In this document: piece after piece, positions 30,878 to 39,545 of the stretch | How the letters are laid out: every line of letters begins with the position of its first letter | How positions within the stretch are numbered: position 1 is the stretch's first letter | Virus record (IMG/VR): IMGVR_UViG_3300031669_000002 | Span: 113,975-177,974 of that record | DNA from: a virus | DNA: 64,000 bases | Strand: one strand, 5' to 3' | Position numbers and translations under genes: made by a program | Notes under the pieces: model-generated | What the model was told of the DNA's origin: nothing | Databases searched by the model: none | What the model saw: only the letters and a program-made list of their open reading frames with translations

Positions 30878-31333
30878 ATGACTTGGTATAGCAAGATAAC
30901 GGCAGACATATCAAACCTTCCTGAATTTATTCAATTCTATGAAGCAGAATTGGCAGAGTCAAGAAGCGAGATAATAATACACGGCAATGTAGAGCGGAAT
31001 CTCGCAGCATTGCCTGGTATTACAGAGCATCGTTTTAACCAGCTTCAAGAAATCGAGGCTGTGCTAAGATATATGGAACTAAACCTACGCAAGATCAGAC
31101 GCAAACACTTTCAGAAGTATCTTGAGGGTTATAATAGAGTATTGACTTCCCGAGATGCAGAGAAATATACGGAAGGCGAGGGAGAGGTAATTGATTACGA
31201 ATATCTCATGAATGAGGTTTCTCTAATCAGAAATAAGTATCTTGGCACAATGAAAGCATTGGAACAAAAATCATTTATGTTAGGTCACATCACACGACTA
31301 CGCGCAGCAGGAATGGAAGACATCACCCTCTAA
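30878..31333 (+). CDS. uvsY: Recombination mediator UvsY
   Basis: FQKYLEGYNR.LTSRDAEKY.EGE and KALEQK...LGHITRLR.AGMED. Confidence 0.85.
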   Translation: MTWYSKITADISNLPEFIQFYEAELAESRSEIIIHGNVERNLAALPGITEHRFNQLQEIEAVLRYMELNLRKIRRKHFQKYLEGYNRVLTSRDAEKYTEGEGEVIDYEYLMNEVSLIRNKYLGTMKALEQKSFMLGHITRLRAAGMEDITL

Positions 31334-31365
31334 TTTGCTAAATATTACTAATATGGATGCGAATT

Positions 31366-32982
31366 ATGACAAAACCAACAGATATTAGAAATATACTAAA
31401 CACTCTATCCGAGCTCAATGAACAGACCTTACTAGAAGTATCTCGAGGACTGTTATATAGAGCACCCGGAGACAGATTTATTCAGGGCGACCCCAAAAAC
31501 CCAACCGCCACCCTAACTTTTGTGGGAGTTGATTATTTCCCCTCTAATCCAGGAGAATATGAAACATATGAAGAGATGGTCGAAGCAGGGAAACAGGCAA
31601 TGCTCGACTATCCCGGCTTGGAGTTTTGCAATACGCCACAGCCAGGCTCAACCAGAGCATTCGCAATAATCACACTTGATGGACCACAACCAGGACAGCA
31701 TACATATATTTGTCGATTCTTCAGAGCAATCGCAAATGATATGACAGGAGCTTGGAAGAATAACGGCATTCCAGGCGGGTGGCAATTAGCGAAAGCAAAT
31801 GCACTTAAATCAAGTTATGGGTTAAAACCAGCAGACTTGTTTGCACCCAATACAACTTTCCCTAATTCGTTGGCAGTTCTAACAGCACTAAACAAGAATG
31901 CAAAAGTAAAGGCATTGCTTCCTGGACTACAGATGCTTCTCGGTGCTAAGATGCCAATCTTCAAAGATCAGAAAGATATGCTAGGCGCAATACAAGATGA
32001 CTTAGGTGAAATAATGGCACCTGTTGCTCTGGCCCAAGGAATGATCACTGACTCAGGGGCAGAAGCAGCTAAGAAAGGATTACTAAACGGCGCAGATTGG
32101 TCAGGCGCAGAGATAAGTTTCCCTACAGCTAAAAATGCTGGACTAGTTGATAGTTATGTTGTGGTTGATGGCATTGAAGTCGGCATTAGCAGTAAAGGAA
32201 AAAACGGCGCGAAGGCAAGTATCAAGAATGTCCAAGACGGCTTTGAGTTAGCAAGAGCAGAGCCATCAGCAGACCACGCAAGAGCACTTAAAAAATATGC
32301 TACACAAATCAAAGTAGTTGAAAAAATTGGCGAACTTACTGCAAAGCAATTCCCGATAGAATATGGAATAGAGCTTGGTTTGATAACAGAAAAAGTCGGA
32401 AATAAGATTAACGAGTTGATCACTACTGGTGCTAAGACATTAAATCAAATAACGATTAGTGCAGCAGAGAGAAAAGTTATTGAAGACTTGCTTGACAGAA
32501 CAGATGCATCAACTACAAGTCTAAACTATAATGTTGGATATCACGCACTGATGGTATTGGCAAGAGATGTAGCAACACAAATTAACGCAGACCCAAAGTT
32601 TGGCGAAGCATGTTTATATTTTGTGAATATAAATCCAATCATTCAGATTTATCTGACGGCAGCCGCAGTCGGCAACGATGTGCATGTAACTAAATTGACA
32701 TCGTTATATCCTCCAAATTTCCAAGGAACAGTTCTATTGGATGCAGGAAAAGGATATTATTCAAGCGGCGTTGGTGGAAAGATGGCATTTGCGTATGAAC
32801 CAGATAAGAATGCAGCAGACAAAAATGCACAGAGTCAGAAGGCACTTGCAAAGACAAATAAAATAGCAACAGCAAAAATTGATAAGATAACAAAGGGACA
32901 CGTAGATATTCGTCCGCCAGGCACCGTAGCAAAAGAGCCGCGTGGAAAACGAGAAGTATCAGCACCAAGAGCGAGACGATAA
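31366..32982 (+). CDS. Hypothetical late protein (538 aa)
   Basis: Late promoter upstream. N-terminal DIRNILNTL..LNE..LLE suggests a cleavable propeptide. Contains ISSKG. Confidence 0.75.
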   Translation: MTKPTDIRNILNTLSELNEQTLLEVSRGLLYRAPGDRFIQGDPKNPTATLTFVGVDYFPSNPGEYETYEEMVEAGKQAMLDYPGLEFCNTPQPGSTRAFAIITLDGPQPGQHTYICRFFRAIANDMTGAWKNNGIPGGWQLAKANALKSSYGLKPADLFAPNTTFPNSLAVLTALNKNAKVKALLPGLQMLLGAKMPIFKDQKDMLGAIQDDLGEIMAPVALAQGMITDSGAEAAKKGLLNGADWSGAEISFPTAKNAGLVDSYVVVDGIEVGISSKGKNGAKASIKNVQDGFELARAEPSADHARALKKYATQIKVVEKIGELTAKQFPIEYGIELGLITEKVGNKINELITTGAKTLNQITISAAERKVIEDLLDRTDASTTSLNYNVGYHALMVLARDVATQINADPKFGEACLYFVNINPIIQIYLTAAAVGNDVHVTKLTSLYPPNFQGTVLLDAGKGYYSSGVGGKMAFAYEPDKNAADKNAQSQKALAKTNKIATAKIDKITKGHVDIRPPGTVAKEPRGKREVSAPRARR

Positions 32983-33275
32983 TGGACGCCCGACAAAAAG
33001 GTCTTGAGTTACTTGAGGACTGGTCTCAATATAAATCTGTGCAGTATAGCGAGAAAACATTATTTGATCGCGCAGTAAATATTGAAATTGAAAAGGATGC
33101 AGTAACACGGCTTGCTGGACTCGTTCAGCAAGCATTGATGGATGACAACTTTCCTACAGTTGAGTTAGATTATCGCAATAGAATGATGGAAACGCACCTA
33201 CGCACTTTCAAAGATCAGATCACATTCGAGTTGCTCAGAAACGGATTCAAGGATCAACCCTCTCAAGCACTGTAG
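32982..33275 (+). CDS. Hypothetical protein
   Basis: TAATG coupling, 97 aa. Confidence 0.7.
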   Translation: MDARQKGLELLEDWSQYKSVQYSEKTLFDRAVNIEIEKDAVTRLAGLVQQALMDDNFPTVELDYRNRMMETHLRTFKDQITFELLRNGFKDQPSQAL

Positions 33276-33284
33276 AGAAAGTCC

Positions 33285-33313
33285 TTGACATAGCACCTTA
33301 ATGATGCTATTAT
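33285..33313 (+). promoter_or_regulatory. Sigma70-type promoter for first tRNA
   Basis: TTGACA-N17-TATTAT. Confidence 0.75.
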
Positions 33314-33327
33314 GTTGTTTAAGTTAA

Positions 33328-33446
33328 GCCTCGGTGGTGAAATTGGTAAACATAAGGGACTTCTTCGAGGGCTTGCGTAAAGCGAGTTCTCCTGAAAATC
33401 CCTCGGCCGCAAGGCCTTCCCGGTTCGAGTCCGGGTCGGGGCACCA
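33328..33446 (+). tRNA. tRNA-Leu(UAA) with 32-nt insertion in the anticodon loop
   Basis: Leu-type D loop, long variable arm, A73 and CCA. The AGGGA/TCCCT stem encloses CTT[33363-33394]AAAA. Confidence 0.8.
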
Positions 33447-33486
33447 AATAAGTAGTTGATTGTTAAGACGAAAAGAAAGTTGAAAA

Positions 33487-33638
33487 AGTTCTTGACAAAG
33501 TATCAAAAGACTGTATAATATAACACTTAATGCAGTAAAGATAAGTTACGTGAGGTTGGCGGTGCATAACGTAACTTCGTTAGACAAAACCGCCACTATG
33601 AAATAGTTCTTGACAAAGTATCAAAAGACTGTATAATA
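33487..33638 (+). repeat. 34-bp direct repeat, each copy a sigma70 promoter
   Basis: AGTTCTTGACAAAGTATCAAAAGACTGTATAATA at 33487-33520 and 33605-33638 (TTGACA-N16-TATAAT). Confidence 0.85.
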
Positions 33639-33795
33639 GAGTTATAGTAATAAATAGTTAAGTGTTATTTGTTTGAACCGCTCCACTGGTAATCAGCTCG
33701 GGGTCAGTATTGCAGATAATGCTTAACTATTTAGATGCTAAGAAGCACTTTTTTTCGTTTCGGTATAAATAGTTATAAGAAAAAGAAAATAGTGC

Positions 33796-33824
33796 TTGAC
33801 ACGAAGCATAAATAAATATATAAT
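33796..33824 (+). promoter_or_regulatory. Sigma70 promoter with embedded late promoter
   Basis: TTGACA-N17-TATAAT with CATAAATA in the spacer. Confidence 0.8.
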
Positions 33825-33873
33825 GTAACACAAATGCAGCACTAATCTAAAGAAAGATAAACGAAAGCAGAAA

Positions 33874-34029
33874 ATGAACTCACTACTAAGAAACTTACAA
33901 CCAACACATATTTGCCCGATAGCCGGGTTTAGTATACCTGTGTGGTCGCAAATTTCAGCAGTAGAGTCAGATTCACGCAATACACAGAATTATGAAGGCA
34001 AAGCAGCAAGGAGTCGTCCAGGGATTTAA
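33874..34029 (+). CDS. Putative attenuator leader peptide (51 aa, all 20 amino acids)
   Basis: MNSLLRNLQPTHICPIAGFSIPVWSQISAVESDSRNTQNYEGKAARSRPGI. The 3' end overlaps an antiterminator strand. Weak RBS. Confidence 0.55.
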   Translation: MNSLLRNLQPTHICPIAGFSIPVWSQISAVESDSRNTQNYEGKAARSRPGI

Positions 34030-34054
34030 CGCAAAGAAAATGCGAAGAATTTAG

Positions 34055-34090
34055 AACCCTGGATCGAAAGAGACTGGGGTTTTTTGTTTT
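34055..34090 (+). terminator. Intrinsic terminator / attenuator
   Basis: AACCCTGG...CTGGGGTT stem with inner TC-GAAA-GA and a long T tract. Confidence 0.8.
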
Positions 34091-34125
34091 GTAGCCAAGC
34101 AGTTGTTAAAAAGTTTAAAAAGTGC

Positions 34126-34154
34126 TTGACAATAGAATAAAAAGATAGTATAAT
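34126..34154 (+). promoter_or_regulatory. Sigma70 promoter
   Basis: TTGACA-N17-TATAAT. Confidence 0.8.
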
Positions 34155-34718
34155 AGTTTATCGCAGTATTGAGAACTTAGCAGCAGACGCCGAAAGGCAA
34201 CGGAGCGTAAGAGGACTAAGGAAGATATTGCAAAGTAGCAAACTGTTACAGAACACCGTGCAGTATAAAAAATGGCACAGACCATCGTGTTAGCAAACTG
34301 AGAAAACGAAAAATATCCCACTCAGTATAATAAAGAATAACGGAAACCGAGGAATGAAATTGGCCTGTGATGAACAGGGTGCCCTTAAAAAGGCTTAGTA
34401 AAAATCGGTTATAATTAAAGTGCCTTTACGGAGACATTTTAATTATACACATTCAATTGGAAGGATACACTAGTTGACGACAGCGATTGAGTGTGTTACA
34501 AATTTTGAAACTATGAGATAGCGTCGCTAAACGATGTCGAGTAGGTTGCTAGTGTAGTGGTTGCACACTGCTGGCGAGTAAGGTAAGATGAGGTGTTAGC
34601 GCACTGATGAGATCCTGAAAAACTGGCGGAGGCGAAGGTTCGAATCTCTTTACATTCGTTCAATTAAATTAGTTCGACTCCTATGTACTTGTGATAAATA
34701 AGTACATAGGAGAAATAA

Positions 34719-35333
34719 ATGTTTTATTTTTTGTATCAAACAACTAATCTTTTAAACGGTAAGATCTATGTAGGTGTTCATAAGACCAATAATTTAGATG
34801 ATGATTACTTAGGAACCGGCACTCTTATTAAGCAGGCTATTAAAAAATACGGTAAACAGAATTTCAAGAGAGTTATTTTAGAAATGTTTGATACTGCCGA
34901 TAGTATGTACTTGCGAGAATCACAGGTCGTGACAAAAGCTTTTACTGATAGAGAAGATGTGTATAATATCCGTGTTGGAGGTAAGGCAGGAGTTGAGGAA
35001 TTTCACGATAGGTTAAGATCAGATTCAACATTTAAGAAAGAATATTCTGCTAAACTAAGTGCAGCAGCACACAGAAGAATATTACGCGGTGACAGCAGTT
35101 TACACAGGTATACAAAAGAAGATGGACTTAACGGTTCTGCCGCTGCTCTATCAGAAGATGCTAGAAAAAAGCGCAAGAATACATTTAACGAAATAGGTCA
35201 TCAACAAGGTGAAAAGAATGCCCAGTATGGCACGAGATGGATTACAAATGAATTACAAAGTATTAAAATAAAAAAAGATGCTCTAATTCCAAAAGGATGG
35301 AGAGCAGGTCGTGTTAATGGAAATAAGAAGTAG
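34719..35333 (+). mobile_element. GIY-YIG (Seg-like) homing endonuclease
   Basis: FLYQTTNLLNGKIYVGVHKT, YLGTG, YNIRVGG, C-terminal QYGTRWITN module. Confidence 0.85.
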
Positions 35334-35751
35334 ATTCAAAGACACTGCACCGTCATTAAATGACAGCGCCTGGGCCGCGAAAGTGTCCACCAATTTTCTT
35401 TACTACAATGTTCTGAGCCGACACTTTGAATGAAGGCCACTTCAGTAGTAATCGTGATATGAGTCAATAGAGTTACACAAGAGTAATCCAGGGTAATTAC
35501 TATATTTCCAATCACAGAATTCTGTTATCCATGAGTTGTACTAGTGAAGTTTCTTCCACGGATAATGTAATACTTGAAGGCTGGCAAGTTATGTCCAGCA
35601 GACAGTGGAGACTGGAACCGAGATAAACGGAACGTGTATGAGCTATTTTGACCGACGTTTATAGCATAGAACTCCGATTAACAGTGCGGTAGGGTAATAA
35701 ATTTTGCATCCCGACTGTCAGTGATTGACAGAGACAAAGCAAATACGATAG

Positions 35752-35936
35752 AAGCACATTCAATTAACTGTGCGGTAATGGATGTTGGGATAAGTGAGTA
35801 GGCCACTCATGTAATACAATTGAAGTTATCCAATACGGTGACAGTTCGACAGGCGAATAGCCCCTACGAGGGGAAGAAGTAGGTTAATACAAAAGGGCAA
35901 CTCCTACTCACTTTGTTCAGTTAATTGAATGTGCTT
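35752..35936 (+). ncRNA. Unknown structured RNA A
   Basis: Perfect 19-bp terminal inverted repeat 35752-35770/35918-35936. No ORF. Confidence 0.55.
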
Positions 35937-35937
35937 A

Positions 35938-36125
35938 GAAATACATTTACTGGGACGCTCAGTTGGTGAACGATTCCAACTAGACGAGAACGGACCGCAG
36001 CGTGTTATCCTCGGTCAAATGCGGAAAATAGGGTGGTTCCTAGAGTACTGCAATATCTCGTGACAGCATAGCGATTGACCATCGTTTACTAGTGCGAACC
36101 TAGTGCATCCCAGTAAATGTATTTC
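35938..36125 (+). ncRNA. Unknown structured RNA B
   Basis: Perfect 18-bp terminal inverted repeat 35938-35955/36108-36125. No ORF. Confidence 0.55.
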
Positions 36126-36437
36126 AATAATTAGATTTGGGTTACTTGCTCCATTAGGCATTGCTAGGCGCTAAAGTTTAGCAATGTATGAAACCAGGTC
36201 CGAGTTACAAGATACGGGTAGACACCATAGTCCCCAGATGTAGTAACAACAAAAGATGAGGCGATGGATTTAAACAGCAAGAAGTAATGAGAAAGGCTGT
36301 GAAGATATGGTGTTGACACAATCGGTTCTTCCTAAAGTTTCCTGCAGAAAGAAAACACTGCGACCTTAGCTTGAGCGGGCGGTATGTCAGTTACGAAACA
36401 GTAGGGTAGAAGCCCTTACGCTTAGGCACAAATTTAT

Positions 36438-36527
36438 GGAGAACGGGCTGGACGGCAAGGCAGAAGTTTGCTAAACTTTAGGACACATAATATGGTCCAC
36501 AGGGTTCGACTCCCTGGTTCTCCGCCA
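36438..36527 (+). tRNA. tRNA-Ser(GCU)
   Basis: Loop TT-GCT-AA, long V arm, G73, CCA. Confidence 0.85.
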
Positions 36528-36537
36528 AACAAATTAT

Positions 36538-36612
36538 GCGTGGTAAGTGTTGGTGATTGCACGATTGGCTTCCACCCAATAAGATAGGGTTTGACTCCCT
36601 AACCCCGCGCCA
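36538..36612 (+). tRNA. tRNA-Gly(UCC)
   Basis: Loop CT-TCC-AC, CCA. Confidence 0.8.
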
Positions 36613-36664
36613 AACAATGGCACCTGCAAGTTGGTGTCTATATAAATGAACTTGCAAGAACAAT

Positions 36665-36735
36665 AGGTTGTTCGTCTAGTGGTAAGACCAGGCACTCCAA
36701 ACGCCTTAACGAGGGTTCGATTCCTTCACTTCCTG
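36665..36735 (+). tRNA. tRNA-Trp(CCA), no encoded CCA end
   Basis: Loop CT-CCA-AA. The HEG cassette starts directly after G73. Confidence 0.75.
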
Positions 36736-36763
36736 CATGTAGTAAATTTTGCATAAATAAGTT

Positions 36764-37441
36764 ATGTTCTATTACTTATATGAGGTCAAAAACAACCTCA
36801 ATGGCAAAATTTACGTTGGAGTTCATAAAACGAAGTCACTTGATGACGGATATATGGGCTCTGGAAAAGTTATTCGACATGCTATTAAAAAGCACGGAGT
36901 TGAAAACTTTACAAAAGTCATACTTGAGCAGTTTGATAATTCAGTTGCTATGTATGCAAGAGAAAAAGAAGTGGTCACCGATGAATTTTTACTACGCGAA
37001 GATGTGTATAATCTTCGACGTGGTGGCTTCGGTGGATTTGAATATATCAATAAGACCGGGTTAAACTTTAAGGGATATGCATCGCCTGCCGAACGTAGCA
37101 GACATATAAACCCATTCTTAAATAAAGATCGTTACTCAGCGGAATGGCATAGGATAGCCAAAAAAAATAAAACATCTGCTGCAAGTAAAGCAAGAAAATT
37201 AGGAAAAGGTCATAATTTTTCTGCCATTGATTCAAAAAAAGGATGTATGTTGGCAGCAACACCGAAGGCAATAGAAAAAAGAAAAGAAACATTTGCTAAA
37301 ATTGGTCACCAACAAGGCGAAAAGAATTCACAAGCAGGAACAATGTGGATTACCAATGGCAAAGAAAACAAAAAGATTAAGAAGAATACATTTATTCCAT
37401 GTGGATGGAATAAAGGTAGAATACAAGTTACGCCCTTTTAG
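36764..37441 (+). mobile_element. GIY-YIG (Seg-like) homing endonuclease
   Basis: YLYEVKNNLNGKIYVGVHKT, YMGSG, YNLRRGG. Confidence 0.85.
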
Positions 37442-37504
37442 TATAACGGTCCATTATGCTTGTTTTGTAATCAAGTGATGGCGGTTCGATTCCGTCAAGG
37501 GGCA
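37432..37504 (+). tRNA. tRNA-Thr(UGU), no encoded CCA end
   Basis: Loop TT-TGT-AA. The 5' end overlaps the HEG stop codon. Confidence 0.8.
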
Positions 37505-37545
37505 CACATAGTAGATTTTGTATAAATAAGTAATGGAGACAAAAT

Positions 37546-38199
37546 ATGTTCTATTACTTATACGAAGTTAAAAATAATCTTAACGGTAAAATCTACGTAG
37601 GAGTTCATAAGACTAACGACTTAAATGACGGGTATATGGGCTCTGGAAAGTATATTCGAAGTGTAATTACAAAACACGGAATTTCGAGTTTTACTAAAGT
37701 CATACTTGAGACTTTTGAGAATGCGGAAGCTATGTATGCAAGAGAAAAAGAGATAGTCACCGATGAATTTTTGTTACGCGACGATGTGTATAATTTACGT
37801 CGTGGAGGTTTTGGTGGATTTGATCAGATCAACAAAAAACTTACAAGTTCTGATTTTTCACGTAGAGGGAAAGTCGGCAGAAAGAAGCAGTTAATGTTTG
37901 CTGATGCGCCAACTTGGGGAAATAATCCCAACTTTAATGAAATGCATAATAAGGGAATTATCACAAGAAAAAACCGAGGCGATAACTTTACAAAAGAAGC
38001 ATGTAAATCGGCAGCTAGTATTGCATCGATAGAAAAAAGAAAAAAGACATATAAAGAAACTTGTCATCAACACGGTGAAAAGAATTCGCAATATGGATCT
38101 ATGTGGATTACTAATGGTTTAGAAAATAAAAAGATTAAAAAGACCGATTCACTTCCGAGAGGATTTAGAAAAGGACGCTCTTCCAAGAAACAAAATTAA
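37546..38199 (+). mobile_element. GIY-YIG (Seg-like) homing endonuclease
   Basis: N-terminal half nearly identical to 36764 and 44205. Confidence 0.85.
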
Positions 38200-38200
38200 T

Positions 38201-38277
38201 GCCCTTGTGATGGAATTGGGATACATACTAGATTTAGAATCTAGGTTCTGCAGGTTCGAAGCCTGTCAAGGGTACCA
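38201..38277 (+). tRNA. tRNA-Leu(UAG), short variable region
   Basis: Loop TT-TAG-AA, A73, CCA, 5-nt V region. Confidence 0.8.
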
Positions 38278-38283
38278 AACAAT

Positions 38284-38357
38284 GGAGATATAGCCAAGCG
38301 GCCAGGCGATGGATTGCAAACCCATTTAGATAAGTTCGACTCTTATTATCTCCTCCA
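38284..38357 (+). tRNA. tRNA-Cys(GCA)
   Basis: Loop TT-GCA-AA, U73, CCA. Confidence 0.85.
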
Positions 38358-38537
38358 AAATCGCAAGTGATGACAACTGGTGATGGTGTAATAGGCACAC
38401 CGCTATTGACGCGGAGGTTAATGGGATGTGAGGCCCTTAGAATCCAAGACAACCAGAGGACACGATCGGCCTTTTCGCTTCTGTACTAGTCGGAGGTTTG
38501 AACAAGCGACCAATTTTAATATTGAAATGCACGAATG

Positions 38538-38608
38538 ACCCATGAGATGTAATGGTTTACATGTCGGCTTAAAACCGAGATAAGGTGGTTCGATTCCACC
38601 CATGGCGA
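38538..38608 (+). pseudogene. Degenerate tRNA (UAA loop)
   Basis: D, anticodon (CT-TAA-AA) and T arms present, but the acceptor top is unpaired and there is no CCA. Confidence 0.45.
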
Positions 38609-38624
38609 GACTTGCATTAGATAT

Positions 38625-38698
38625 GCTGGTATCGTATAATGGTATTACGGTTGTTTCGTAAGCAACTTATGAGGGCTCGAATCCTTCTACCAGCACCA
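38625..38698 (+). tRNA. tRNA-Thr(CGU)
   Basis: Loop TT-CGT-AA, CCA. Confidence 0.85.
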
Positions 38699-38704
38699 AA
38701 TTAT

Positions 38705-38779
38705 GCAACATTGAAGAGAGTGGCTGTCGTCCGCACCTACACTGCGGGTAGGTTGGTTCGATTCCAACATGTTGCACCA
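38705..38779 (+). tRNA. tRNA-Val(UAC)
   Basis: Loop CC-TAC-AC (C33), CCA. Confidence 0.7.
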
Positions 38780-38891
38780 AGTTTTTTGCAAAAAGAAAGG
38801 TGACGCGGTAAGCATAAATGTGTGGTGCTTATAAAATCCGACAAAACGTCAGGGGTAAAACTCCATACGCACAGCCAAATTTAATAACAAT

Positions 38892-38975
38892 GCGTCGTAC
38901 GCCTTATGGAGGGCACGTGGCTGTAACCCACAGGTCGGCTAGTCCGAGTTGGTTCGATTCCAGCATGACGCACCA
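38892..38975 (+). tRNA. tRNA-Tyr(GUA)
   Basis: Loop CT-GTA-AC, V arm, CCA. Confidence 0.85.
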
Positions 38976-39100
38976 AATTTAAAGATACGCCGTTGGTCAT
39001 AGGCGCATACGATTACCTAAAATTGAGACCCATTAAACCGGGCCACTTGAGTAGGGCAAGGTAGCAATTCCTGATAGTAATTGCATTGACCAAGAACAAT

Positions 39101-39185
39101 GGGTGGGGACTGGCGCTGGCGACTAGAGCGGACTGTAACTCCGTGGCCTCACGGCCGATAGGTTCGACTCCTATACCACCCACCA
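39101..39185 (+). tRNA. tRNA-Tyr(GUA)
   Basis: Loop CT-GTA-AC, V arm, CCA. Confidence 0.85.
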
Positions 39186-39248
39186 AGTTTTGTTAGTGAA
39201 CTAAAGATAAACGCTCGCACATATCAATACAGAGTTTATACAAACATT

Positions 39249-39341
39249 GGTCCCGTAGTTTAAGGAAAACAAACGGCTTTATATACCGTCAAGGCTCTAG
39301 ATGAGGGCAAGTCGTGGGATCGTTACCCACCGGGACTACCA
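39249..39341 (+). tRNA. tRNA-Ile(UAU)-like with long variable arm
   Basis: Loop TT-TAT-AT above a C.A mismatch, 24-nt V region, T loop ATCGTTA, A73, CCA. Confidence 0.55.
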
Positions 39342-39415
39342 GATGGGCTGGAACGACACGGATCGTAACCGTAGGAGTACCATATTTTAGTAACAAAGCA
39401 GAGAGTATTCTTTGC

Positions 39416-39491
39416 TCCGTAAAATCCGAGCATGGCGCATGGACGTGACTGTTAATCACTGGTTAGGCTGGTTCGATTCCAGCATACGGAG
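39416..39491 (+). tRNA. tRNA-Asn(GUU), no encoded CCA, extended acceptor helix
   Basis: Loop CT-GTT-AA, G73. Leader 39406-39415 pairs with 39491-39500. Confidence 0.75.
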
Positions 39492-39545
39492 CAAAGAATA
39501 TTTAGGTAACGCGATAGACTGCATAAATACAATATAGGAGTAATT

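Noticed and set aside
33360-33398. Archaeal-type bulge-helix-bulge intron
   Set aside because: No 3-4-3 geometry could be drawn at the junctions.
34604-34640. Hammerhead ribozyme (CTGATGA...GAAA)
   Set aside because: Stem II and stem III cannot be formed around the core.
38370-38450. Additional tRNA genes at about 38375, 39345, 43990, 46415 and 49090-49255
   Set aside because: Only isolated arms or poorly paired acceptors are present. They may be remnants but are too degenerate to call.
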